The notes: a model not told the origin generated them from the letters alone. 64,000 bases of DNA from Octopus bimaculoides (GCF_001194135.2 NC_068983.1:22195709-22259708); one strand, 5' to 3'; counted from the first letter of the stretch, positions 1 through 14,720 are shown. Translations and numbers: made by a program.

Positions 1-329
1 TTGAGCAAATATAGGTATCAAAAGGGGATCTATAGGTTAAAAAAAAAAAAAAAACTGGTTGAGAACTGCTGATTTAGATGTACAATGCCCAAAAGGACAG
101 GATGATCATGAGACTAGAGAAAAACAAACATGCCCCACCGCAACCAACACCACTAGCATCACTACAAACAACAACATAACAGACAGCAATAGGATAATTC
201 CAAAAAGCGGCAATAATAAAACTTGTATTTAACCAAATAATCCCATTGATTTTCTGTGTCGTCATAGCATCCAAACGTCTTTCTTTACCTATAATGACTA
301 CTACTACTACAACTACAGCAAATCAACAA

Positions 330-540
330 AGGAGCCTCTATGTGGTTACTCGATTTGCTAGAAATGACAGCCAAATCTGTCCCAAATCACACTGTACTGT
401 GTTTCAAAAAAAAAAAGAAAGAAAAAACAAAAGAAACAGGTCAAATATTTTTGTGTAACGCTGAATAAATAAAACTGGAATATTCTTTTGATCATAATCC
501 TGCCCAACCATTGCCGGCCTGGGGCTAAATAAGAACATCT
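330..540 (+). repeat. Unclassified ~200-bp interspersed repeat; copies near 22700, 23050, 25660, 26020, 29470, 36050, 39640, 40680, 56170, 62780
   Basis: Recurrent core ctgctagaaatagcagccaaatct in both orientations. Confidence 0.55.
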
Positions 541-633
541 AAAATTCAGTCGCAGAAGGAAAACACACACACACACACACAATCACACAACTCAATACAG
601 CTGACACACGCACACACACCTCAATTTAGCTCA

Positions 634-681
<48 letters not shown>

Positions 682-1097
682 CACACATCTCAATTTAGCT
701 AACATTCTCTCTTTCTCTCTCTCTCTCTCTTTCTCACTCACTCACTCACACACAATATATACTATCTATCACACACACACACACACACAACACTTCAACA
801 GTGTTTGGACTTTTCTAAGCAATTTAGCTTTAGCCTGTTACCATAGAGACTGGGCTAAATTTAGAATTGGTTTTTCACTGAGACTCCACCTCNNNNNNNN
901 NNNNNNNNNNNNNNNNNNNNNNNNNNNNNNNNNNNNNNNNNNNNNNNNNNNNNNNNNNNNNNNNNNNNNNNNNNNNNNNNNNNNNNNNNNNNNNNNNNNN
1001 NNNNNNNNNNNNNNNNNNNNNNNNNNNNNNNNNNNNNNNNNNNNNNNNNNNNNNNNNNNNNNNNNNNNNNNNNNNNNNNNNNNNNNNNNNNNNNNNN

Positions 1098-1145
<48 letters not shown>

Positions 1146-1848
1146 GAGTGGAGACGTACACTCTTGTAGCATATGTTTTGAGAGTGTGCGTGTGTGTCAG
1201 GGAGAGGGAGAGCATTTCTGAGTGAGTGATGGTGATGGAGTGCACTCTTATAGCATGTTTTGAGTGTGTGTGTGTGTGTCTGAGAAAGAGAGACAGAGAG
1301 AAAGAAAGAGAGCATTTCTGAGTGGGTGAGAGAGCTGATGAATGTAAGTGGTTGGATGCACTCATTCTCTTGTATCTGCATGCACGTGTGTAAGTGTGTG
1401 TGTGTGTGTGTGTGCATGAATTTTTAATATTACACGCATATATTTATGCATATACTAGTACTATAAATAATAGATGCTGATAAGTTTAGATGCACCGTGA
1501 TACATACAACTATACATACATATTTATATATATATAGATATGCAGACAAACATATACTTCTGTATATGTGTGTGTATATATACACTTGCACACTTATAAT
1601 GTGTGTGTGTGTGTGTGTGTATGCGCGTGCGTATATATTCACACCTATAAACACACACACACGTGCATGCATGCATAAACAAAGTTACAAACATATACGT
1701 GCATGTGCACACGCACACACATTATTTTGATAATATAATTATTTTAGACAAGGCCTCGATAGAATTGAACACAGAAAGAGTAAACTGTCCTAGGACCAAA
1801 AACCCAGATTGAAAGGCATCACACACCCACAGCAAATATGGGAGACAA

Positions 1849-1890
1849 CTCTAGACATGTTGCAGTCTTATTTAGACATCATCAGTAAAG
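1849..1890 (-). ncRNA. Degenerate minimal hammerhead motif (A13 changed to C)
   Basis: Reads CUUUA CUGAUGA U-GUCU-AAAUA-AGAC-U GCAA CAUGU C UAGAG: 5-bp stem I, palindromic ACAUGU stem III, GUC triplet. Confidence 0.5.
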
Positions 1891-2534
1891 CATAGACCTC
1901 ACATGCACATATATACATACATACACACACACATATATATATATATATATATGTCAACAAAGCTAGGAAACAATCACTAAATAAATGTATGATATTTATA
2001 AATCGGTACGAGCGAAAACTAATTACTCAGAGACACTATATGCATAGAAAAACAACAAAAGATGTGAAAATTAATGCAGTGATATATCACTGAGAATGTC
2101 TAGTACTAAAACATGTTTGGATTATCTGCTGGGGCTATTTAAATAACATTAAATGATGTCTTTTGAATATATTTGTTCTCATTCTGAATTCTTAACGCAT
2201 TGACATACACATATATTTTGTATATATATTATGGACTCTCCTATCGTTAGACAACATACGAGGGTTCTAAATGTTCATGCTGAACAACTACACAGAAGAT
2301 TTGTTTTATAGCGACCAAATGTTTGTGTATACGTAAACTCACTCTTTCCCTCAAATCAACATAACCTGTACAGGTACACGACACAGACCAACATGATTGC
2401 AGACCAACATGAAATGAAGTGTTTTGCTCAAGAACACAACACAACACTCAGTCTGGGAATCAAAACCACAATCTTGCACATCCTAACCCCTAAGCCATGT
2501 ACCTTCACACACACATACACACACACACACCTAT

Positions 2535-3043
2535 GCCTTTAACATTTAAACCAGTCATATCCGGCCCAAATATGCTACCTGTTTTATGTCCTCACCAGCC
2601 AGATGCAACCTATCACACCTACACTTCAATGTCATTCTAAAAATATACAATCATCATCATCATCATTGCTTAACGTCCGCTTTCCATGCTAGCATGGGTT
2701 GGACGATTTGACTGAGGGCTGGCGAACCAGAAGGCTGCACCAGGCTCCAATCTGATCTGGCAGAGTTTCTATAGGTGGATGCCCTTCCTAAGGCCAACCA
2801 CTCTGAGAGTGTAGTGGGTGCTTTTACATGCCACTGGCACGAGGGCCAGTCACACAGTACTGGCAACGGCCATGCTCAAAAAGGTGTTTTTTATGTGCCA
2901 CCTGCACAGGAGCCAGTCCAGCGGCACTGGCAACGACCAGATCATCATCAAATTTTCAAAGCTATGAGATAATGCATGATTAATTAAACATAAGGTAAAT
3001 GAAAAAGCATTACATTTGACAAAATAATCTGAATGCTAAAGGC
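2535..3043 (+). mobile_element. TTAA MITE interrupted by an RTE 3' end
   Basis: MITE halves at 2535-2650 and 2941-3043 join collinearly. Confidence 0.7.
2651..2936 (-). mobile_element. RTE 3' end inserted into a TTAA MITE
   Basis: Reverse complement of the same family. Flanked by atcatcatca at 2650-2659 and 2941-2950. Confidence 0.8.
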
Positions 3044-4309
3044 TTCACAGTGGGACTGAACTCAAGACAACATGATCAGGAAGCAAGCTACTCAAGCATA
3101 CAGCTACACTTGCGCACGCACACACACACACAAAGGCATCTGCACAATATATGCATACAGAATCACATAAATTTGGTCAATCTGAAGGTATGACAAAAGA
3201 GACTTGTCAAAAGGTATAAAGGTACTGCTTAGTTGTCAAATGAATTTCTTAACACCCACAGCCAAGCTCATGACCATTGTCAAGAAAACTAAACAGATAC
3301 CAAGCTGCCAAAATGAATAACATCAATTATAAAGATAATTGTTTATCATCATCATTAATACACTATTGATTATCAGGAATATTAAGTATTTTAGCAGTCT
3401 CCAAAATAATTAACAATCATTAATTATTGGGTTAATTGTAAATGCTAATAAACAATAAGTAATTTTAAATAGTAGCAATTAACCCTGGTGAAACTTGAAC
3501 TCTTGCACAGCACACAACAATGTGTTCATAAATGACTAGGGTGATAATTGGCTGCAGTGGCAGCATTAGTAGTGATGCTGCTGAAACAGACAAAATTGGT
3601 TCTACAAAAATTTCACTGACATAATGTAAATTTATATGCTGTATACAGAATATTGAAAATCTTTGCAAAATCTTGGTGTCTAAATTCATCAATCGAAAAG
3701 AGATAAACCTATCTATAGTAGCTGACATCAAATGTATGTGCGTGTGTTTAACATCAACAAGAATGGAAAATATCATATCTTTATGAGAGGATTACATCAT
3801 ATGAGACCAATGATCAGAGACATTACTGTGGATGTTAATTCTATTTGGATCTATTGGCATCTGATTGCTTGATGCAGTTAACCGACTTTGCTCAACCACT
3901 GAGTGCTTACAAGATATCTGACTGAATTTATTAAGCTCTCTTACCTGCTGTTTCGTGTGTGTGTGGTGTGTTCAATGTTTGTTTTTATATTATAATAAAA
4001 GCAATTTTACATTAAATTGAAGCATTACTCAATACATTTGGTAGAGTACAAATTTATTACTTTAACATGAATAATATTGACAGTCACTTCAAAGTGAGTG
4101 TGTGTGTACACAAACACATATAGGCACAGGCAAGGCTGTGTGTGTAAGAAGTTTCCTTCATACTCACATGGTTTCAAGTTCAGTCCCATTGTGCAGCACC
4201 ATGGGCAAATGCTTTCTAATATAACTTTGGGCCAACCACAGCTTTGAGAGTTTTTGAAAGGTGGAAGTTCCAACTGTGCATGTGTGTGTGTGTGTGTGTT
4301 TGAAAGTGC

Positions 4310-4655
4310 TTATGCCTATCCACCAAACTGGCTCCCATGCAGGTGACACATAAAAAGCACCATTTGAGCATGGTCGTTGTCAGTCCTGCCTGACTGGCTC
4401 CCATGTCGGTGGCACATAAAAAAAAAAAACATTCAAGCATAGTTGATGCCCGTACCGCCTAATTGTCCCCCTATGCCAGTGGCATGTAAAAAGCACCCAC
4501 TACACTCTCAGAGTGGTTGGCATTAGGAAGGACATCCAGCTGTAGAAACCTTGCCAGATCAGACTGGAGCCTGGTGCAGCCTCCTGGTTTACCAGTCCTC
4601 GCTCAAACCGTCCAACCCATGCCAGTATGAAAAGCGGACGTTAAATGATAATGAT
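4310..4655 (+). mobile_element. RTE 3' end
   Basis: ggtggcacataaaa repeats, ggttggcattaggaaggacatccagctgtagaaac, and a (GAT)-like tail. Confidence 0.75.
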
Positions 4656-6678
4656 GATATATAGTTCAAATTTACAGGCAGATGAGGGAACAACGAATGG
4701 ATGTATTAGTTTGACACTTGGAAAGAATGGAAGTCTTAGACATTTCGAGCCTATGCTCTTCAACAGAAAGGATTGATGAAGGTGGGGGTGGAGATATATG
4801 TGTGTGCATAGCCATGTACATACAAAAGTTAACTTCAGCACCATATGACTTGGTATTCACTCCCTCCTTGCAGACACAGCTGGTATTTACTATAGTCGGG
4901 TAATACGATGTAAGTGAAGTCTGGTAATGGAAGCAGGAAAAAAAAAAAACAGTCATGTGCGTATGTATGTATGTATGTATGTATCTATCTGTCTGTCTGT
5001 CTGCATCCATACTTTGCCTTCTTGACTGCATACAAGTTATAAATCAAGCATCACCGTTCATAAAAGCAGTGTTGCTTGTTTACAATATGAAAGTATGTCT
5101 TGGCAATTTGCTGTTTGGTAAACTGATGGAATTATTACCTAGCATGGAAACAGGTGAAGGTCAGCACAGAAAGAGTACCTGGTCACAGAAAATTCAACCT
5201 CAACAAAACCTTGTCTGACCTATGCAAGCACAGAAAAGTAGAATGTTCAGAGCCAAAACGGTGATAAATTTTTGCAGAATGTAGAATTAAGTGTTCTATC
5301 CAGGAACTCAAGCATGTATGATGTGTATTGGTATTCACAAACATATGACTTGTGTGCATGGATTATGGTCCTGATTATGATGACGATGACAATGAACAAC
5401 AAAGAAAAATTGTTATGAAACCTACATTCTGAAAGAAACCATTCCAAATCAAAAGAAATATTCTTCAATAAGAATATTAAGAACAGAAAGATTATTTATT
5501 CAACAAAATAAATAAAGTAAATAAAAAAAAATCAAATTAAATAAACAAATATTGCTGTCTGACCCTGTCCTGTCAAACTCCTGCCCTGGTTTAGCTCTTG
5601 AAGAATTAAGTTGGATTCCAAACCAAAAGTTTTGCTTGGTTCATTAAACATTCCATAAGAAGCTTAAAAAGCAATATATGTAGGAACTGTTTAAAATTCA
5701 AAGACATTCAAACTAGAAACAGCTTAAATGTCAATTCCATTGGTTCAGTTCTGTTCTGTTCTAAGTTGAAGTACATTAATTTTGTTCTCAATGCAGATGT
5801 ATGCACGTCTTCATTACTAAAATTAACAAAGCAATGACCAACAAACACCAGCAGGAACTACAAAAGCACTTTAGAATCACACAGAAAAGGAAATTGTCTT
5901 CTTATGCAGACTTTTATAGAGGGAAAATGAGAAATGGTGTTAAATTTTATGACATTCTCAAGGGTACTTCACATCAGCTAAGCAATCTGAATTAGCTTTA
6001 AATAGATTTCAACACACAGAGCTTACTTGTTACTTAACAATGCTTATACAATGCTTATCTGTAAGCACCGTTAAGTAACAGGTGAGATCAGGTATGAAGA
6101 AATAACACTTCTTCCTCTCCTGACTAAACCAGACCAGACAAAGTTGTAGATTTTATTAAAAAAAAAAAATTTTTTATGGAAGAGGAAATGAGAAGTTGTG
6201 ATGTTTATTCTTCTTCAATAATACATTACCAAAAGTAGTAACATAATATCTACAATTATGAATGAAAACCAAGCTACAACTTCACACTGCAGCAAAACGT
6301 TTGACTCTGAATGTCTTTGTAAGACAAAAATTACCAAGTATTATAATGACAAACTATAAAAACACTGTGCTGAAAGGTCATGGCTGTAAAGCGCTTTAAG
6401 TTTATCTGTTATGAACAGGAGGGTCATAACAGATTAGTGGATATTAATTTCATGAGCAGGCTGTTCCGTTGACCGGATCAACTGGAACCCTCGACGTCGG
6501 AAGCAACGGAGTGCCAACAATTGGAGCATAAATTAACAAGGAATTTTAATGAGAAATTTTAGTTTGTATCATAGAAGCTGGGGTGGTCTTGATTGGGCTG
6601 GTATCAAAACAGGTTAGATATAATCACAGTCTCCACACAGTCTATTAGTTTGCTGGTAATAGTAGCAAAATCTTTAGT

Positions 6679-6897
6679 CCCTTAGCATTTAAACTAGTCA
6701 TATCCAGCCCAAATATTCTACCTGTTTTACATTCAAACTAGCCAGATTCAGCTTCTCACACTTACCCTACAATGTCATTCTAAAAATTAACAACCACATC
6801 ATTGAAATCCCAAAGCTACAAGATGCTGCATGATTTATTTAAATCAATGTGAATAAATAAGCATTACATTTGACAGAATAGTCAGAGTACCAAAGGG
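6679..6897 (+). mobile_element. ~220-bp piggyBac-type MITE (CCCT...AGGG termini, TTAA target)
   Basis: Termini cccttagcattt / aatgctaaaggg followed by TTAA. Six related copies in the window. Confidence 0.75.
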
Positions 6898-7623
6898 TTA
6901 AGGCTGCTCATTTCTTTTTTTTCTTTTTAATCTATGGAGAAATAGTTAAATTTGCTCCGTCTATATATCTACATGGTTACACACACACAAATAAACATAA
7001 ACACACATACACATATAAACATGCACACACACACTGGGCTACTTTCAGTTTCTATCTACCAGTTTTCTTCACAAAGCTATGGCTACTGCTCAGCGCTGTA
7101 GCAGAGATCTGCCCATAGTGCTACACAGTGAGATGAAACCTAAGACCACATGATTGGGAAGCAAGCTTCTCAACTGCAACAGCCCCACCTGAGACTTTAT
7201 TTTAATTACTTGGGGGTAGTAGTAGGGTATGAATATTCTGTTTTTGTAACAAAACAAACAAAAAAAAAAATGAAAAACAAATCAATCATTCTTTCTCTGA
7301 CGACACGACTGAATAGTAACTAGGAGCAAAATTATAATTAATAAAATCTTGTGCAATAATTTATAATAAGAGTATCAAAAATAAATGTGTTTCTGATAAG
7401 ATGTGTGTGTGTATTGAAGAAAAGGACCAAATAATCACAAATATCATTCAAAGTATACTCTCTGTCTCTTGCTTCTATTAATAAATTATATCAACTGAAA
7501 AGTTAATTTTTTTAATCATTATAGGAGTTGGATGACTTTTTTTATTTCAACAAAAAAAAAAAAACGTTTCTCTTAACTGCTCTACAAGTGATTGCTCAAG
7601 AGGGGCTTAGCCTCTTTGTTTAA

Positions 7624-8077
7624 CCCTTTAGCATTTAAATTAGCCATACCTTAACCCACATGCTCTATCTGTTTTATGTTCAAACTGACCAAATCCAACC
7701 TCTCACACCTTATCTACAATGCCTTTTTTTTTAAATAAACAATCACATCATTGAAATCATAAAGCAACTAGATAATGTATGATTAATTCAACCATTTAGC
7801 ATTTAAACAAATCACATCAGGCCCAAATATTGTACTTTGCTTTATGCTCAAACCAACCAGATCCTGCTTCTTGCACCTACCCTACAATGCCATTCTGAAA
7901 ATAAACAAACACATCATCAAAATTTCGAAGCTACAAGGTAATGTGAAGCAGGATTGAATCAAAACAATTTGAAAATAAACGCATTGCATTTGACAGAATA
8001 ATCCGAATGCTAAAAGGTTAAAAGAATGAGGATAAATAAGCTTTACGAACGACAGGGTAATCTGAACGCTAAAGGGC
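7624..8077 (+). mobile_element. TTAA MITE with a second copy of itself nested inside (7792-8017)
   Basis: Outer copy has TTAA at 7620-7623 and 8078-8081. The inner copy is bounded by TCAA and TTAA, and the outer sequence resumes at 8022. Confidence 0.75.
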
Positions 8078-8724
8078 TTAAGTAAACTAAAGAACACTGA
8101 AGACTAAATGCTTTTAAAAAGATGGCAATGGACGAGAATTAACAGAAAATATGGTTAGGAATGTTAACACAAACAAAACCGAAGAACCCTGATCGAGAGC
8201 TTTACGTCCTGATTTCTGTTGGAAATTAACCACTTCAAATGGCCAAGTACTTGAGTGGTTTTTTTACTTTATCAACCTTGATATGGTGAAAGGCAATACT
8301 GACTGAACCCAGAATGTAAAAAAACTGGAACAAATACAGGTTTCTTCACAAAGCTACGGCTACTGCTCAGTGCCATAGCAGAGATCTGCCCATAGTGCCA
8401 CACAGTGAGATGGAACCCAAGACCACATGACTGAGAAGTAAGCTTCTCAACTGCAACAGCCACACGTGAGTCTTTATGATTTTGTCAATCCACAACCTGC
8501 TGATACTTGTTTCGTAAACATACCTTTTTACCTTTTACTTGTTTTACTCATTGGATTGTGGTCATGCTGGGGCACCAGTATGAAGGATTTTAGTCAAATG
8601 AATCAACCCCACTATTTATTAAGCCCAATATTTATTCTATCGGTCTCTTTTTGCCAAACTGCTAAGATATTTGGGGGGGGGGGACACAAACATAAAGACA
8701 CACACAAACACATATATATATTCT

Positions 8725-9100
8725 TTTATTCTTTTACTTGTTTCAGTCATTAGACTGCAGCCATGCGGGAGCACCACCTTGAAGGATTTTAGTTGAACAA
8801 ATTGGCCCCAAGACTTATTTCTTAAGCTTAGTACTTATTCTATCAGGCTCTTTTGCCAAACTACTAAGTTACAAGGATGTAAACACACCAACACTGGTGG
8901 GGAGGGTGACACAAAGACACAAAGACACACAGACACACAACAGGCTTTTTCAGTTTCTGTCAACCAAACCAACTCACAAGTCTTTTGTTGGCTCCAAGGC
9001 TTAGAAGACACTTGCCTAAGGTGCCATGCAATGGAACAGAATCCAAAAGCCATGTAGTTAGGAAGCAAACTTCTTACCAAACAGCCTTGAATGTGCCTAT
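8725..9100 (-). mobile_element. SINE family A; other minus copies at ~7030-7190, 8320-8465, 8530-8720, 11055-11415, 13028-13385, 18125-18275, 36280-36455, 44940-45320, 46945-47240, 52075-52420, 60950-61160
   Basis: Reverse-complement matches to the 42600 copy. Boundaries are approximate. Confidence 0.8.
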
Positions 9101-9779
9101 AAAACATGGGGCACAAAAGCTGAAATTATTTTCTGGTGGGAGAGAATGAGGTATGCAAATCAACCTCAATGCTTAATTTCTGCTTTATTTTATCAAACCT
9201 GGAAGAATGAAAGGGTAACAGAATTGGCTTCGGCAAGATTTGAAACATAGCTAAATTGTGCAAAGAATATAAACCATCATTCTATCATTTTTACATTCCC
9301 ACCATTCGCAGCCTGCAGGGATAATAATTAACACCATATCACAAAATAAATAAATGAATAAATAAACTTATACACTCTCCATTTAATGTGGATTCACATT
9401 AAATGCTAAGATACCTAATATCTTAACGAGACATGAAGTGCTAGACTTTTGTAGAGATGAGATGAGAAGTTGACTGATGATGATGATGATGATGATGAAT
9501 GAAAGGAAAAACAAGATAAAAAATATCAAGATAAAAAGAAAATGAAAAGCAAAAAAAAAAAACAGAAAGATCTGAAAATGCAAAATTAATCAATAACAAA
9601 ATGATAAATAATTGAATGAATGGAAATTAATGAAATTAAGTTAACGAGGCCAAATAAATAATTGCTGATATAATTTACTGACTGGGAGCTGAAGACTTGG
9701 TTTCTTTACACCAGTTGCATAAAAATGAAGCTACTCATATAACTCCAACATTTATACAGTTGTAACAACAACAACACTG

Positions 9780-9860
9780 GTGACATACAACCGTAACAAA
9801 ACAATAGTGACAGACAACTGTAACACAAGAACAGTGACTGCCAATTGTAACACAAGAATA
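9780..9860. repeat. 27-bp tandem repeat, three copies
   Basis: gtgac anchors at 9780, 9807 and 9834. Confidence 0.7.
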
Positions 9861-10973
9861 ATTTTGTATTGTTGGTGATCATTTCTTGTTATGAACTAAA
9901 GGAACTTGATTAGAGATTGCTATTAACTTCCTTACATTATTTTATAAATGTACTCCCTTTATTTTACTGCCCCAGTTGCAGAACTAACAATTTCTAATTT
10001 AAGCACAAAGAGAGTGATTTTGAGTGGCGGGGTTAACCAATTAAATTGACTCCATTACTTGACTGGTATTTTACCAACGCAAGAGGCCTGAAATTTTGGG
10101 GGATGGGGGTCAGCTGATTACATTGACTCCAATGTGCACTTCGTACTTATGTCACTGACCCTGAAAAAGATGACAGACTGGAGCAACATGAAATTAAGTG
10201 TATTGCTCACAAGTACAACATACCACAGGGTTCAGAAACTGAAACCACTATCATTAGGCCTTGCACCTTCACTGATTCTTCCTTTGGTTATATGTGTGTG
10301 TATATACATATACACACACACACACACATAATCTACACACACACATGTCCATTTTCCATGCTGGCATGTGTAGAATGGTTTGACCAGAGTTAGTAAGCAG
10401 GAGCGATTCACCAACTTCCAGTCTGATTAGGCTTGGTTTCTATGGCTGGATGCTCTTCCTAATGCCAGCCACTTTACAGTGTGCTGGGTGCATTTTAGAT
10501 TACACCAGTATGGCTGCATTTATGTGGCACTATGTAAGAAAAATTTTACAGGATTTTCACATCAAAGGGTAATGTAATAAATTCTACACAAGAGCAAGTA
10601 TCGAGATGCTTGGCCATGAGGTAATTCACATTTGCCAAGTATAAACGAATAATTACCATTTAAACTATATATGGTTTTGAAATGATGAACTAAAAATGAT
10701 AATCTAATAAAAACTTGAAATAGAGATTGTTCGCATCTAGCTTAATGGACAGTTTTACATTATACAATGCAGACTTTGTAAAAGAAAATCATTAAATGGA
10801 CATACCAAGGGATATCAAGTTAAGACCTTGAAGGGACAATACCATTTTAAAGTAGGGTTGCAATTGCAATGGCTACTCATCGGTGCAATTGAAATGTGTT
10901 GGACTTTGAGAGCCAGTATATAATTATCGAATTAGAGGTAATGCTATTTCTATACTTCAGAGTAATCCTTATT

Positions 10974-11042
<69 letters not shown>

Positions 11043-11859
11043 ACAAATATATATCTTATTTTTTATGCGTTTCAGTCATTAGACTGCAGCCATGCTGGGG
11101 TACCACCTTGAAGAATTTTAGATCAATGAATTGACCCCAGTACATTTTTTTTATGTCTTTTGCCGAACCATTTAGTTACAGGGATGTAAATATACCAACA
11201 TTGGTTGACAGGCAGTTGGAGAGGGAGAGACAAACACAAAAACAAAGATACATACATACAGACAGACAGACAAATCAGGCTTCTTTCAGTTTCCGTGCAC
11301 CAAATCTGCTCACAAGGATTTAGTCAGCTCAAGGCTATAGTAGAATGCACTTGCTCAAGGTGCCATGCAGTGGGACTGAACCTGTGGTTGAAGAGCAAGC
11401 TTCTTACCACATATATATGAAAATTTTAATTGCTCACTTAGACTGGATTCCCCTTTCATCAGCATTAACAAAATCTGTACCAGTGATACAATACAAACGA
11501 AGGAGGGAACATGCATTTAGTTGGCTAGACAACAAAAATATACTATCAGCCCAACAAATTCACACCCCTTGCACAGCAAACTGAAGCAGAAATTGCTTTC
11601 ATATGCAATAAAAATAAAACCTCATTATTTATTTATTTTATATATATGTGGCAAAATATATTAAAGATGTAAAAAAAGAAGGAAAAAAACCCATTAATGT
11701 TATTTATTGTGTGCATTGTATTGCTGTTAGTGTTATTAAATTGAAATCAAAATAAATGCTCCAATACTATATAAATTGTACTTTAACGATGTGTTTTTGT
11801 AAGGTAATTAAATTTAAATTCAGAAAAGGAATTTATTGAATCACTTAGGAATATATTTC

Positions 11860-12186
11860 ATGATTTATGCACAGATACATACATACATGCTTGAGCAGAC
11901 ACACACACACATATCCCCGTGTATATGTGTGCAGGGGTGTATACATATATAAACACATATTCAAGCATATTTATATATGCATGTGCACATACATAATGTA
12001 TTTGCATATAGCTACAAATATACACACAGCGCCAATAATTCATAATTATTCACATGTGTGAGTGGGTGTATATATATTGTATATATATAAACATATATAC
12101 ATACAAATATATGCACATGTGAGTGTATGTATATACATAGATATATATATATATATTTGCACACATACATACATGCACATCTTGTT

Positions 12187-12221
<35 letters not shown>

Positions 12222-12514
12222 AGATTTCTTGACAGCCTCTGCACATTTACACACATACAGCAAGGAAGAGAAAAATAATTATATCTAGTTTAATATCTGA
12301 CTGGCCAGAGGCAAAACTGTTCTGAGTTTGTCTGTTGTAGTCATGTATTATATATATATATATTTATATATTTTTCTCCATTATTTATACATATATTAGT
12401 TTATTTGTTTGTTTCTATCGAATTCTCTGCAAGATATTTGTACAAAGAATCACATCCCTTCCTCTGTAACACCTTGTGTTGAATATACAGTCTCCCTTTT
12501 CTTTTCTCCTTCCC

Positions 12515-12556
<42 letters not shown>

Positions 12557-13557
12557 ACGCGTGTGTGTCAGTCCTTTTAATTTCTCTATACGTCTACCTC
12601 TCCGACTGGCCTTTTACACATTGCTCTTCCTCTATCTCTCCCTCCAATACACATAAATATACAAATATGTATGTAACATATTTGCAGACATATCTATAAT
12701 ATACACACACATACAAACATACATCATTATCATATACACATACATATATATATGCACACACACAAACAAGTGCAACACACAAACACCCTGCATACAGATA
12801 TACAAAAATATATATGTAATATATTTTTACTTACATATCTATAAGACACATATATATATTACACACACACATCATCATCATTATATAAACACACAAACAC
12901 ATGCAATGCATAAACACCAGTTAACATACATAGCCATAAATATACAAATATAGGTAACATATTTACTCATCTACAATACACACATACATACATACATACA
13001 TACACATATCATCATAAACATATATATTCTTTTCTTCTTTTACTGGTTTCAGTCATTTCACTGTGGCCATGCTAGAGCACCACCTTTAGTCAAACAAATT
13101 GACCCCAGTACTTATTCTATCAGTCTTTTTTGCTGAAACGCTAGGTTACAGACCAACACCAGTTTGTCAAGTGATGGTTGGGAGACAAACATATATATAT
13201 ATATATATATGCACACACAAACACACACGACAGGCTTCTCCCAGTTTTCCATCTACCAAATCCATTCACAAGGCTTTGGTCAACCTGAGGCTTTAGTAGA
13301 AGACACTTGCCCAAGGTACCATGTAGTGAGACTGAACCCAGAACCACGTGGTTGAGAAGCAAGCTTCTTACAACACAACCACACCTGTGCTTACACACAC
13401 TCACATACACACACACACACACTATATATATATATATATATGCACACACATGTGTGTCTCAGTTTTTTTACTTTGTATATCTATGTATCTATCTGTCTCA
13501 CAGCTTTTAACTATTTTTTCATCCATCTTTCTACCTATACACATCCCACCCACTCTC

Positions 13558-13610
<53 letters not shown>

Positions 13611-14379
13611 AATTTATACATACATATATATGCACATACATATGCAAATCTATGCACACATAAATGTATTTGCATATATAAACAAACATACAAATACATA
13701 CACATGATGGATGGAGAGAGAGAGAGAGAGAGAGCGAGAGAGACAGACAGAGAAATAGATAGAGAGATAGACAGACAGATAGAGAGACAAATAGACAGAC
13801 AGAAAGACAGACAGATAGATAGACAGACAGACAGATATGTATGTCTATGAGCCAGTGTGTAACGCTACATCACAACTGCCACAAGACCCACCCATCAACT
13901 CCCTCAATATTCTCCTTCCTCGTCTTCTCCCACTCTACAAATAACCAAATATGCTTCATTCTATTTATTTATTATTCACTGCTTTCATATTTTCTGCTGC
14001 ATATCCTAAAAAATACAACTTATAATTTTTCTTTCTTTCTTCTTTTTATTATTATGCTTTTGATTTTAGTATTTTATTTTTCAATCACAAAATAAATTGT
14101 CATTTTCTTTCATTTTCCCTTTTTTTTTTTACTGTCTCTCACAACCACTTCTGCTTCATGTACTTGTGTAAACTCTTCAGAGAAGGGTGGTGGTGGTGGT
14201 GGTGCAATTGGGCTTGCCCATTTAGCATCTGGTGTGTGAGAGAGATAGAGAGAGAGTTTGAATGTGTATGTATGTCTGTAATAGCCTATATTAGTGTCAC
14301 TGGGTAAGTGTATGCGTGTGTTAATGCATTTGCATATGTGTATTGTGAATGTATGTGTATATATTATATATGTATGTAT

Positions 14380-14468
<89 letters not shown>

Positions 14469-14720
14469 CAATGAGTGTGTCTATGCATGAATGCATTAAT
14501 TTGTATGTTAGTGTACTTGTGTTAATGTGTGTGCATTTGCACAGAAGTGTCTGTGTGTACAGATATATCTGTATGAGTGTGTTTATGTGTTAGCATGTGT
14601 GCATGTATATATATATATATATATATACATACACACACACACCACTATGTATAGTTATTAATATATCAAATATGTACGTGTGTGTGTGTGTGTGTATGCA
14701 CACGTGTGCATGCATGAGTG
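11860..14720. repeat. Dense compound microsatellite field ((AC)n, (AT)n, (ATAC)n, (AGAC)n), representative of many across the window
   Basis: Directly visible; source of most H/T/Y/I/C/V-rich spurious ORFs. Confidence 0.9.

Noticed and set aside
3465-3940. 103-aa minus ORF and its upstream frame extension
   Set aside because: In-frame stop six codons upstream, no convincing splice acceptor and no recognisable motif.
4672-4930. Minus-strand stretch after a good polypyrimidine/AG
   Set aside because: No frame resembles FoxN2/3 or any family I know. Unresolved without RNA data.
14130-14227. Possible minus exon DAKWASPIAPPPPPPFSEEF
   Set aside because: The acceptor derives from a (CT)n microsatellite, the donor is weak and there is no homology support. 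It could still be a divergent FoxN2/3 exon.
11858-14496. HT/YI/CV/SL-rich ORFs
   Set aside because: Translations of (AC)n, (AT)n and (AG)n repeats.
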